Below, in pieces: positions 8,566-16,953 of a DNA stretch of 23,473 bases; position 1 is the stretch's first letter, and each line of letters begins with the position of its first letter. A program made the translations under genes and the position numbers. The notes below the pieces were generated by a model. It did not search any database, was not told where the DNA came from, and saw only the letters and a program-made list of their open reading frames with translations. Location: contig CAVXAT010000016.1 in NCBI GenBank assembly GCA_963759805.1, positions 1 to 23,473 of the forward strand, read 5' to 3'. The stretch is from an uncultured bacterium (GTDB lineage Bacteria; Babelota; Babeliae; Babelales; RVW-14).

Positions 8566-8799
8566 ATACCATTCGAAGTAAATTTATGCCCGCATGGTTC
8601 GAGCCGCCTTCGCCAAGGCTTCGACGCCCACGTACATTTTTTTTGGCCGCTCGCCCTGAGTGCCGAGCTTTGCGAGGCGTATCGAAGGGTGCGGCCTGCA
8701 AAAAATACTCACCACAGCCTGCCCGCCATAGCCATGAGCGAAGCGAAGGCGACGGCTGGGAGCGGGCAAATTGGGTACATTAATTGCGCAGAATGGAAT
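8566..8799 (-). mobile_element. MITE-like palindromic element, copy B (234 bp), inverted relative to copy A
   Basis: ataccattc (8566-8574) ... gaatggaat (8791-8799). Aligns end to end with the reverse complement of copy A, except for one replaced hairpin and scattered substitutions. Confidence 0.88.
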
Positions 8800-9383
8800 T
8801 ACAGGCTATCAGTTGCTTTTATTATAGCATTCAAAGTTTCTGAGTACTTTATGATATTTTGAGCAAATTCAGTATATTTACATTCAAGTGATTTGAATTT
8901 CTTAACTGATAACATGGCCTTTTCAATTTTGGTTTTGACGAATTCCAGGGCTTCACCTTCCTGCGCAAGATCTTTTGCAAATGTCATTAAAGGTGATTTG
9001 ATGTTTGGATACTTTTCTTTGAATTTTTCTTTGAGCAGATTCAAGATGTTTTGTGCCTGGGAGAGTTCTTTGGCAAAACTTTCCTGTTTGCACCAGTAAA
9101 GATTGTTGAAAATAGCATTGATCTCTTTAATCTCATTTTCAAATGATTTTCGTTCTGCATCTGCGTTTAATGACGCAACATCTCGGCCGTTTATAAAAAT
9201 CTTGCTACCAATATTTTGGGTTTTTTCTAAAAATTCTTTAAATGATGTCTTAGGTCCATTTACAGCACTTTCGACTTTGCTTTTCAGTCGTTCAAGGCTG
9301 GGCATAATGTGTTTTGGACTTAAATTTGAAACTGTAAACATAAGACCACAAAAAATGGTAGAGCATATTAACTTTTTCTTCAT
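8799..9383 (-). CDS. Hypothetical secreted Lys/Glu-rich helical protein (194 aa)
   Basis: MKKKLICSTIFCGLMF signal-like start; AAGGA upstream. Confidence 0.75.
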   Translation of the reverse strand: MKKKLICSTIFCGLMFTVSNLSPKHIMPSLERLKSKVESAVNGPKTSFKEFLEKTQNIGSKIFINGRDVASLNADAERKSFENEIKEINAIFNNLYWCKQESFAKELSQAQNILNLLKEKFKEKYPNIKSPLMTFAKDLAQEGEALEFVKTKIEKAMLSVKKFKSLECKYTEFAQNIIKYSETLNAIIKATDSL

Positions 9384-9451
9384 CTCTTTTCCTTTCGTTA
9401 TATTTCGTGACTCTCTTTCACTTATTCACTCACTTACTTACTACTCTTTCA

Positions 9452-10402
9452 TTATTCATAAAGCAATCCGTGAACATACTCTTTCGCATCAAATACTTTG
9501 ATATCTTCAAGCTTCTCTCCAAATGTTGTGTATAAGATTGGAATTTTAAACTGTTGCGTTATAGAAAAGACGATACCGCCTTTTCCGGTTCCGTCAAGTT
9601 TGGTTAGTATAATTCCGTTTATCTTTGTGGCCTGTTCAAAGAGTTCTGCCTGTTTTAGGGAGTTTTGTCCGATCATGGCGTCTACCGTGAGCCATGTACT
9701 GATATCATCTGCACAAATCTGGTCTGGAACTTGCTTATCAATTATTTTACGAATCTTTTCAAGCTCTTTCATTAAATTTACTTTGGTTTGAAGTCTGCCT
9801 GCCGTATCTATTATTATATGATCATAATTTTCATCTTTAAATGTTTTGCATGCATCAAAAATGACAGATGCAGGGTCTTGATTTTCGCGGCCAACAAACA
9901 CCGGTACGCCAATTTTTTTACCCCATTCCATCAGTTGCTGTGTAGCGGCAGCCCTGAAAGTATCTCCGGCCACAAGAATTACACGTTTGCCTTGCTGGTG
10001 CATTATGTTTGCGAGCTTTGCACTAAAAGTTGTTTTACCGCTGCCGTTAATTCCAACCAGCAAGGTGATTTTTGGTAACAGATTAACTGTTATGGGTCTG
10101 TTTGATTTTTCGACTGAGGTTTGTGATGGCAAGAGTTGAGATAACAACAGTTGCGATAACAATAATTGTTCAAGTGCTGTTTTTACGTCATTAATATCTT
10201 TGATTTTTGCCGAGCTAATATCAGCTTTGAGTTGTGTAATTATGGCATCTGTTGTTTTGGAGCCGGTATCTGCTGAAATAAGCAGGACAGAGAGCTCTTT
10301 TAGTAACTGTTCATCAAGCTTATTTCGTGAGAAAATCGTGCTGATTTGGCTTGTAAATGTACTGTATATTTTTTTAAATTTGTCTTTTATAAAACCGAAC
10401 AT
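9452..10402 (-). CDS. ftsY: Signal recognition particle receptor FtsY (NG domain only)
   Basis: GINGSGKTT, DTFRAAA, DTAGR, TKLDGTGKGG and GEKLED motifs. Confidence 0.97.
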   Translation of the reverse strand: MFGFIKDKFKKIYSTFTSQISTIFSRNKLDEQLLKELSVLLISADTGSKTTDAIITQLKADISSAKIKDINDVKTALEQLLLSQLLLSQLLPSQTSVEKSNRPITVNLLPKITLLVGINGSGKTTFSAKLANIMHQQGKRVILVAGDTFRAAATQQLMEWGKKIGVPVFVGRENQDPASVIFDACKTFKDENYDHIIIDTAGRLQTKVNLMKELEKIRKIIDKQVPDQICADDISTWLTVDAMIGQNSLKQAELFEQATKINGIILTKLDGTGKGGIVFSITQQFKIPILYTTFGEKLEDIKVFDAKEYVHGLLYE

Positions 10403-10432
10403 GGCCCAAGATCCTGTTTGTTTTAAATTTTG

Positions 10433-11005
10433 TTAACCTGAATCTGAGTACCATTCTAAGAATTTTTTCAAAGCTTGCAACCTATAAAGATATTTTGCGG
10501 CTAATGGCGTATTTCTGATCTGGGCATAAGTTAATTTTTCGTTGTCCGGGATAAAATAGGCATCATATGGAAGTTCAGGGTGGGCGTTAAAAACTTCTGG
10601 TTTGGTCAAATGTCCGTCGCAACGGCCTTCAAAAATTTGGTAAGACTCCGGGCCGTCGATGTAAACCATATAAAGTAGAAAGTGCGCTTTGTCGCCTTCA
10701 TCAAAAAGTCTTTTTATCCCATCAAAGCCTATGCCGTGTGAGACAAATTTTGACATTGTTCCGGGGAATTTGTTGTAACGATTAAAATAAATTGCAGCAT
10801 CGTCTATGAGCAATGGCTTTTTTGCAAAGTGCCAGGCCTTTTTAGCCTTATCGATGGCGATTTTAATCTGATCATCTGTCTGAATTTCTTCAATGTCAAA
10901 AATAAGTTGCTCAAGCTCAATGCCTGAATGACATTCAACAAGATACGCGGATACCTCTTGAAATTTGCCAGAATTTGATGTTACGTAATAAAGTTTTTTT
11001 GTCAT
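10433..11005 (-). CDS. Ham1/RdgB-family non-canonical purine NTP pyrophosphatase with divergent specificity motifs
   Basis: TSNSGKFQE, EEIQ, KAK, PLLIDD, FPG..SK, FEGRCDG, YD..FIP and TYAQ motifs. Confidence 0.88.
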   Translation of the reverse strand: MTKKLYYVTSNSGKFQEVSAYLVECHSGIELEQLIFDIEEIQTDDQIKIAIDKAKKAWHFAKKPLLIDDAAIYFNRYNKFPGTMSKFVSHGIGFDGIKRLFDEGDKAHFLLYMVYIDGPESYQIFEGRCDGHLTKPEVFNAHPELPYDAYFIPDNEKLTYAQIRNTPLAAKYLYRLQALKKFLEWYSDSG

Positions 11006-11865
11006 ACTTCGTTGGCAAATAGGCGTCTGTTTTTAACCAGAGAATATATCTTATTGGTTGTTTCAAGAAGAGTGTTTGCTAAATTATAGTTTGGGTAGAA
11101 GAAAGTTTTATTTCCATAACTGTCAATTTGATAGATGTCAATTGCAGATATTAATTCCCATAATCCTTCATCAAGATTTACAATGTTTTTGTAGCTGTTT
11201 AGAAAATGATTCGAATTGTTATCCAATTGTTTGAGTAATTCAGTAATTTGAATGGTCGTTTCTTTTGAGATTTTGTTTCTATTGTAAATAAGATAACTTA
11301 TTAGCCCGATAACACCAGGTTGGCTAAGGGCATCATCAAGTTGTCTAGCAAAATCCAAGGCTTTTGGCTGTGACTGAATTTGTTGATGCAAGTTGATTAG
11401 GCTGCTAATCAGAGCCGTTATTTCAATTAATTTTTTTGCAACGCAGGGACCAGGACAAGCTTCCCTTCTCTCATAATGATAATAAGTGCAGCCTGTTGGC
11501 TTGTAGTCAAAACCAATGGCTATAACTGAAGGCTCGCCCAGCGCTGATATTAATGTGTGTAAGACCTCAGATAAGCCTGGGAGATTTTCGTTGTTGCTTA
11601 AAAATACGTCGACTCCCCTATAAAGGATTTGCAAAAAATTTTGTAGTTTTGAAAAATTATTGTAGAATTCGGGAATATAAGCAAGCTCTTCTCCTGCTCC
11701 ATACAGCACATATTGCTCAAGATGGGAAATTTTTTCTAGAACAGATGCTTCGTCGGAAACATTTGGTGGGGTTGGTGCCTGGCCGTAAACATTCTGAACC
11801 GAAAAGGCTCCGGTTAATAGTGTTACACTTAGTACTGCTATGCAGATTTTTAGACTTGTTCTCAT
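11002..11865 (-). CDS. Hypothetical secreted protein (287 aa)
   Basis: Signal-peptide-like N-terminus; AAGGGA RBS; ATGA overlap with the Ham1-family gene. Confidence 0.75.
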   Translation of the reverse strand: MRTSLKICIAVLSVTLLTGAFSVQNVYGQAPTPPNVSDEASVLEKISHLEQYVLYGAGEELAYIPEFYNNFSKLQNFLQILYRGVDVFLSNNENLPGLSEVLHTLISALGEPSVIAIGFDYKPTGCTYYHYERREACPGPCVAKKLIEITALISSLINLHQQIQSQPKALDFARQLDDALSQPGVIGLISYLIYNRNKISKETTIQITELLKQLDNNSNHFLNSYKNIVNLDEGLWELISAIDIYQIDSYGNKTFFYPNYNLANTLLETTNKIYSLVKNRRLFANEV

Positions 11866-12106
11866 AAAAAATCCCTTTAGGTTAGTTATTTAAAAACTTT
11901 ATGTTCTATTTCGAATGTAATTTAATTTCACTGAACTGTGAAAACAGAATAATTTAAAATAAATAAATGTCGAGAATAATTTAGTGTATTATTGTTTATC
12001 TGATTCCAATGTATGTAAAATTCCCATGTATATAAAATAATAAAAATCTGTAGAATAATTAAAATTAATATTATTAATGTCTTGAGTAGAAAATTAAGGA
12101 GAATTT

Positions 12107-13147
12107 ATGGACATACTTTCGTTGCTCAAGCAGAGCATGGGGGCGGATGCATCAATGGTATGGATTTTGCTACTCTCATTTTTGTCGGGAGTGCTTATAA
12201 GTTTTACACCATGCATTTATCCAATGATTCCAATAACCATCGGAATCATGCAGACTCAGGCAACGCATTCATTCTGGCGTGGATTATTAACCGGATTTTT
12301 TTATGTTTTGGGATTAGCAACGGTTTATGCAACACTTGGTTTTATCTGTGCAACCACTTCGGTAATGTTTGGGCAGTGGACCTCAAACCCATGGTTTACG
12401 CTTTTTATTGTACTTTTGTTTTTGTATCTTGCTTTCTCTCTGTTTGGTTTTTATGAGATCACGATTCCGGCATTTTTCAAGTTCAAAACACAGGATGATC
12501 CTTCGATACGATTTGCTACGCAAATCACTCAGGATGAGCGGGAAGGGAGTAGGCGCGCTCGTGGTTCCTTCGACGGGCTCAGGATGAGCGGCTTACTTGC
12601 CTGGGCGCCGAAGCCTTGGCGAAGGCGGCTCGAACCATCGCCCATAGGGCGACGCGCCGTGGCTCAAGCAAAGCCTGCTAGCCGGCCATTTTTAAAAAGT
12701 TTTTTACTGGGGCTTTTCGCTGGTTCAGTTGCCTCCCCTTGCCTAACTCCTGCCTTGGCCATGCTTTTGGCATTGGTAGCAGAAAAAGGCAACCCCTTAC
12801 TTGGTTTCTTTGCACTGTTTCTCTTTGCATTTGGAATGGGTTTCTTATTGATATTTGTCGGAATGTTTTCAGCATCAATTAATGCATTCCCTCGTGCAGG
12901 TGAGTGGATGAATGAGGTTAAAAAGTTTTTTGGGTTTGTGATGCTTGCCGCTTGTGTTTATATGTCTCGAAATGTACTTTGGTTGCCGATTATTAAAGGC
13001 CTTTATGCTCTAGTTTGTGCAAGTGCCTCAATTTACTATTTTTACACGGGTTACTATTTTGAAACCGGATTGGGTAAAAAGATTAAATGGTTTTTGGGGC
13101 TATGTTTTGCTGTTATCACGGTATATTTGCTTGTAAAAGTTTTATGA
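12107..13147 (+). CDS. DsbD beta-domain / CcdA-like transmembrane thiol-disulfide electron transporter with an in-frame palindromic insertion
   Basis: FTPCIYPMIP and VASPC redox cysteines, PRAGEWMNEVKKFFG motif, multiple TM helices and AAGGAG RBS. No thioredoxin domain. Confidence 0.88.
   Translation: MDILSLLKQSMGADASMVWILLLSFLSGVLISFTPCIYPMIPITIGIMQTQATHSFWRGLLTGFFYVLGLATVYATLGFICATTSVMFGQWTSNPWFTLFIVLLFLYLAFSLFGFYEITIPAFFKFKTQDDPSIRFATQITQDEREGSRRARGSFDGLRMSGLLAWAPKPWRRRLEPSPIGRRAVAQAKPASRPFLKSFLLGLFAGSVASPCLTPALAMLLALVAEKGNPLLGFFALFLFAFGMGFLLIFVGMFSASINAFPRAGEWMNEVKKFFGFVMLAACVYMSRNVLWLPIIKGLYALVCASASIYYFYTGYYFETGLGKKIKWFLGLCFAVITVYLLVKVL
12497..12687 (+). repeat. GC-rich palindromic insert related to the MITE, in frame within the dsbD/ccdA-like gene
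   Basis: 12602-12638 is identical over 37 bp to the reverse complement of copy C. It also contains ccttcgatac-hairpin-actcagg and ccttcgacgggctcaggatgagcgg modules. Boundaries are approximate. Confidence 0.85.
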
Positions 13148-13234
13148 GTTTGAATTTGTCAGAATGCTTAATTTGCGTTAAAATTGGGCTTTGGTATACC
13201 ACATTAACATGGTGTATATTTGCGAAAGGACGCC

Positions 13235-15022
13235 GTGAAAGACTTAGTGAAGAGCTTAAAGCGTGATGTATTTTGTGGGCAGATTAACCGGACTTATTTG
13301 AACAAAGAGGTTGTTCTTGCGGGCTGGGTGAACCGTAGACGAGATCTTGGCGGGCTGATTTTTGTTGATATTCGTGATCGATCCGGGTTGATGCAGCTTG
13401 TCTTTGATCCGGAATTATCTCCCGATGTTGTTGCAAAAGCCCACGATCTGCGGAGTGAGTATGTCATTGCTGTCAAAGGAACTGTAATCAAACGGCAGGG
13501 TGCCATTAACACCAAAATTAACACTGGAGAGTTTGAGCTCAAGGTGTCCGATTTGCAAATTTTAAACGAATCACAAACACTGCCATTTCAGTTGGATAGT
13601 GAGGCGGCAGAGGAGTTACGGTTGAAATATCGTTATCTTGATTTACGCCGTCCTGTAATGCAAAATTATTTAAAAATACGTCATGACACTGTTTACGCAC
13701 TGCGTGACTACTTAAATCGTAATGATTTTTACGAGATTGAGACGCCTATACTTTCTAAAAGCACACCGGAAGGGGCGCGAGATTTTTTAGTTCCATGTCG
13801 CATTCAACCTGGAACATTTTATGCGCTTCCCCAATCGCCTCAATTATATAAACAACTGTTAATAGTTGGGGGGCTTGAGCGTTACTTCCAGATTGCGCGA
13901 TGTTTTCGTGACGAGGCGCTGCGTGCCAACCGCCAGCCGGAGTTTACTCAGTTGGATATTGAGATGTCATTTGTCGACGAGCAGGATATTAAAAATATGT
14001 GCGAGGGTCTTTTCAAAGAGTTGTGGAAAAAATTCTTCGGAATCGATTTACAACTTCCGTTTCCTGTTTACTCTTATGACGAAGTTTTTTCAAAATATGG
14101 CAGCGACAAGCCGGATACCCGTTTTTCTTTAGAAATTAATGAATTAACAGAAGTTTTTAAAACTTTGGAAATTAACCAAATCAAGTCTGTTTTAAATGAC
14201 GGTGGTAAAATCGGATGTTTATGTGTGAGTGGCAGTGGCGGTTTAGGCAAAAAATTTAGCCGTTCTGAGCTTGATTCTTATGTCGAGCTTGTAACAAAAG
14301 AACTTGGTGGGAAAGCTTTGTTATGGATCAGGTGGAAAGAGAGTGGGGTGATTGACTCGCCGCTTGCCAAACAGTTGCCGGAAAACTTTTTCGAGTTGGT
14401 ACAAAAGCATATTCCGGGGTTGACCAAAGCCGATACACTGTTTTTAGTAGCAGGGTCGTTTGAACCAGCATGGACAATTCTTGGACAGTTGCGTTTGGTG
14501 TTGGGTAAAAATTTAAATCTTATTAATAATGATTATAAACTGTTCTGGGTTGTAGATTTTCCAATGTTTGAGTGGAGCGAAGAGGATAACCGCTGGATGG
14601 CAAAGCATCATCCTTTCACCAGTCCTCAGCAGGGTTGGGAAAATATGGAAATTGGCAAAGTCAAGGCAAGAGCCTATGATCTTGTTTGCAATGGCGAAGA
14701 GCTGGGAGGCGGATCAATCAGAATTCACGATCCAAAAGTTCAGAGCAAAGTTTTTGAGATGATTGGTATTACGCCGGAACAGGCAAAGGAACGGTTTGGA
14801 TTTTTGCTTGAAGCGCAAACATTTGGTTACCCTCCGGATGGCGGAATTGCATTTGGGATAGACAGACTTGTTATGCTTTTTGCGGGCACTGATTCAATGC
14901 GTGATGTAATTGCGTTTCCAAAGACTAATCGAGGCAGTTGCTTGATGATGGAGACTCCATCATCTGTGGATCAAAAACAACTTGATGAACTTCATATCAA
15001 AAGTACTATCAAAGAAAAATAA
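13235..15022 (+). CDS. aspS: Aspartate--tRNA ligase (bacterial type with GAD domain)
   Basis: RRRDLGGLIFVDIRDRSG, TPEGARDF, LPQSPQLYKQ, QPEFTQLD, HHPFT and GGGSIRIH motifs. GTG 13235 follows AAAGGA (track start 13220). Confidence 0.98.
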   Translation: MKDLVKSLKRDVFCGQINRTYLNKEVVLAGWVNRRRDLGGLIFVDIRDRSGLMQLVFDPELSPDVVAKAHDLRSEYVIAVKGTVIKRQGAINTKINTGEFELKVSDLQILNESQTLPFQLDSEAAEELRLKYRYLDLRRPVMQNYLKIRHDTVYALRDYLNRNDFYEIETPILSKSTPEGARDFLVPCRIQPGTFYALPQSPQLYKQLLIVGGLERYFQIARCFRDEALRANRQPEFTQLDIEMSFVDEQDIKNMCEGLFKELWKKFFGIDLQLPFPVYSYDEVFSKYGSDKPDTRFSLEINELTEVFKTLEINQIKSVLNDGGKIGCLCVSGSGGLGKKFSRSELDSYVELVTKELGGKALLWIRWKESGVIDSPLAKQLPENFFELVQKHIPGLTKADTLFLVAGSFEPAWTILGQLRLVLGKNLNLINNDYKLFWVVDFPMFEWSEEDNRWMAKHHPFTSPQQGWENMEIGKVKARAYDLVCNGEELGGGSIRIHDPKVQSKVFEMIGITPEQAKERFGFLLEAQTFGYPPDGGIAFGIDRLVMLFAGTDSMRDVIAFPKTNRGSCLMMETPSSVDQKQLDELHIKSTIKEK

Positions 15023-15044
15023 TTTTATATTTAATCTGTGCACA

Positions 15045-15078
15045 AAAAAGCTGGGTGTCTTTCAACACCCAGCTTTTT
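15045..15078. terminator. Bidirectional intrinsic terminator between convergent aspS and OMP-like gene 1
   Basis: Perfect stem aaaaagctgggtgt-ctttca-acacccagcttttt with A and T tails. Confidence 0.88.
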
Positions 15079-15083
15079 AACTA

Positions 15084-15137
15084 AACTTGTCGCGTCGTAG
15101 CCACGTTTAAGCTTTAGCGAAAACGGGCGAAGACGGA
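15084..15137. repeat. 54-bp palindromic module, identical to 16900-16953
   Basis: cgtc-gta-gcc-a-cgtt-taa-gct-tt-agc-gaa-aacg-ggc-gaa-gacg, directly abutting the stop codon. Confidence 0.85.
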
Positions 15138-16640
15138 TTAGAATGACAAGGAGAGCTTGCCCCATACCATCCAGTAGTTTGGTATGCTGTTCTCATTTGC
15201 CCAGTCATATTTTCCACCTACACCCAACAAGAGAGGATCTTTCCATTTCTTGAAGTGGTAGCCCAAACCGCCATAGATGCCGTTTGTGAATTGTGATGGA
15301 GTTTCTGCTTTCTCTATGTCAATGCTGTCGTTTGTGAGCCAATTTCCCTCAAGCAAAGGCGAGGAAGGGTTGCGATCAATGCCTGTAACATCGAATTCTA
15401 TTGGAGTCTCGTAATCATATTCATCCGCTGTCAACCAATCTCTTGCTGCTACTCCGAATGTATCGTGTGGAAGTGAGTGCTTGAGGCTTAGATCTTCATC
15501 TTCTCTGTAATACATATTGTAACCAAGGTCTGCACTGAATCCGCCATTGTTGTAAGCCAGTGCAAGGATACCATCAAATTGGCTGCCTGGGGTTACATTA
15601 ACGCCAAGTGGTGTCAATATGTTAACTGCAGGAATCAAGTCTACGTGTCCATCTTTGCCCAGCAAGACATATGGTGATGCATAACCCTTCAATTTTAGAG
15701 GTCTGTGCTCAGATGATTCGAACAGATAACGGTAGTTAGCTGCAAAGTTCAATTTGATATTTTGTTTGCCTTTGGTCCACAAGTTTGCATGTGCATCAAG
15801 TCCGCCACCAAATCCGAAGTGGGAGCCGTTGCCGTATATTGGTTCAAACATCTCTCTGCCGTTTGGCTTGTTGCCTGTTGGGATTGTTATTGCAAGGTTG
15901 ATACCGAAATGGTACTTATCTTTGTACAAGAACTTGTAACCAAGAATTACGTCGACGTCTGCAAACCCTGTCGCTGAATGTTCGTCTTTTATTAAACCAT
16001 AGTCAAGGGCAACTTGAGCGTCATTTGGAAATTCACCGTTGGTTGTCTGAAAATAATGACCGGTGAAGAACTCTGTTAACCAGGTTTCGTAATCTTCTGG
16101 TGTGTATCCTCCCTCAGAACCCTGAATACCCTCGACGTTCAACTCCATATCATTTTCTACGCGAACAACTGTTGTGTTTACCTTGAGGTAAAGACCCTTT
16201 AGAAGTTTGTCCATGTTTTGGTAGTAATCAAAACGTGCGCCGTATGATTTTGAGCTTGGATCTAATGATACAGTTGCGATTGCGCCTTCATCTCCACCTA
16301 GAGAACCGTGGAGTATATACCCAAGATCGAAATCATCCTTTTCTGTTGATTTTGTATTAGCGATAGGGTCGCCTTTTAATCTATATGTGCTGTCGCCGTT
16401 AATACCAAAGTAACTACCGAAATTACCGTTTGATTCCCCATAGAAACCGGATATTTGTAAATTTCCACCGAAACGGTGTTCCAACTTGAGTTGTGTTCTC
16501 TCATAGAATGTTGTGAGTTCCATTGGAAGATTTACGTTTGTACTACGTAAGTTCATGTATGTGTGTTCTGTGTGTGCCGAGATGTTATTTGCGCTTACTG
16601 CCAATGCAGCAAGCATTAGATATTTTATTGATTTATTCAT
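15138..16640 (-). CDS. Putative outer-membrane beta-barrel protein, paralog 1 (500 aa)
   Basis: Signal peptide, Gly/aromatic alternating strands and C-terminal WGKLSLSF beta-signal; GGAG...AAGG upstream. Confidence 0.8.
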   Translation of the reverse strand: MNKSIKYLMLAALAVSANNISAHTEHTYMNLRSTNVNLPMELTTFYERTQLKLEHRFGGNLQISGFYGESNGNFGSYFGINGDSTYRLKGDPIANTKSTEKDDFDLGYILHGSLGGDEGAIATVSLDPSSKSYGARFDYYQNMDKLLKGLYLKVNTTVVRVENDMELNVEGIQGSEGGYTPEDYETWLTEFFTGHYFQTTNGEFPNDAQVALDYGLIKDEHSATGFADVDVILGYKFLYKDKYHFGINLAITIPTGNKPNGREMFEPIYGNGSHFGFGGGLDAHANLWTKGKQNIKLNFAANYRYLFESSEHRPLKLKGYASPYVLLGKDGHVDLIPAVNILTPLGVNVTPGSQFDGILALAYNNGGFSADLGYNMYYREDEDLSLKHSLPHDTFGVAARDWLTADEYDYETPIEFDVTGIDRNPSSPLLEGNWLTNDSIDIEKAETPSQFTNGIYGGLGYHFKKWKDPLLLGVGGKYDWANENSIPNYWMVWGKLSLSF

Positions 16641-16838
16641 TTACCTTTTCTCCAAAAAAGTTGTTTAAACACTATTTAATGACTACGAATTAGATGCTTT
16701 TCTTTTGTTTTGCATTCTCCTTTCTTTGATTTAATAGATTATGTACTTGGCACCGACACATTCCTAACCGATGATAAAAAATTTTACATGAGTTTAGTAT
16801 AACATGCAAGCTATGCGTATACAAAAAAACTGGCACAA

Positions 16839-16872
16839 AAAAAGCTGGGTGTCTTTCAACACCCAGCTTTTT
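16839..16872 (-). terminator. Intrinsic terminator after OMP-like paralog 2, identical to 15045-15078
   Basis: aaaaagctgggtgt-ctttca-acacccagcttttt. Confidence 0.85.
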
Positions 16873-16899
16873 AACTAATTTATTTTTATTATAAATCAG

Positions 16900-16953
16900 A
16901 ACTTGTCGCGTCGTAGCCACGTTTAAGCTTTAGCGAAAACGGGCGAAGACGGA
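16900..16953. repeat. 54-bp palindromic module, second copy
   Basis: Identical to 15084-15137; abuts the stop of paralog 2. Confidence 0.85.

Noticed and set aside
5424..8799. Copies A and B as ends of a composite transposon or invertible segment
   Set aside because: They are inverted repeats around sppA-rubredoxin-hypothetical-prmC, but the cargo is housekeeping, no recombinase or transposase is present, and further copies suggest a dispersed family. Inversion by homologous recombination is possible but unsupported.
12491..12590. caggatga / ctcaggatgagcgg direct repeats as a mini CRISPR array
   Set aside because: The repeats are too short and few, lie inside a CDS, have no cas genes nearby, and are explained by tandem palindromic modules.
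12497..12687. Intein or group I/II intron in the dsbD-like gene
   Set aside because: No Cys/Ser...His-Asn intein ends and no recognisable intron core or GUGYG/domain V motifs.
16690..16920. 76-aa ORF between the OMP genes
   Set aside because: It crosses the palindromic module and terminator and has no RBS; likely spurious.
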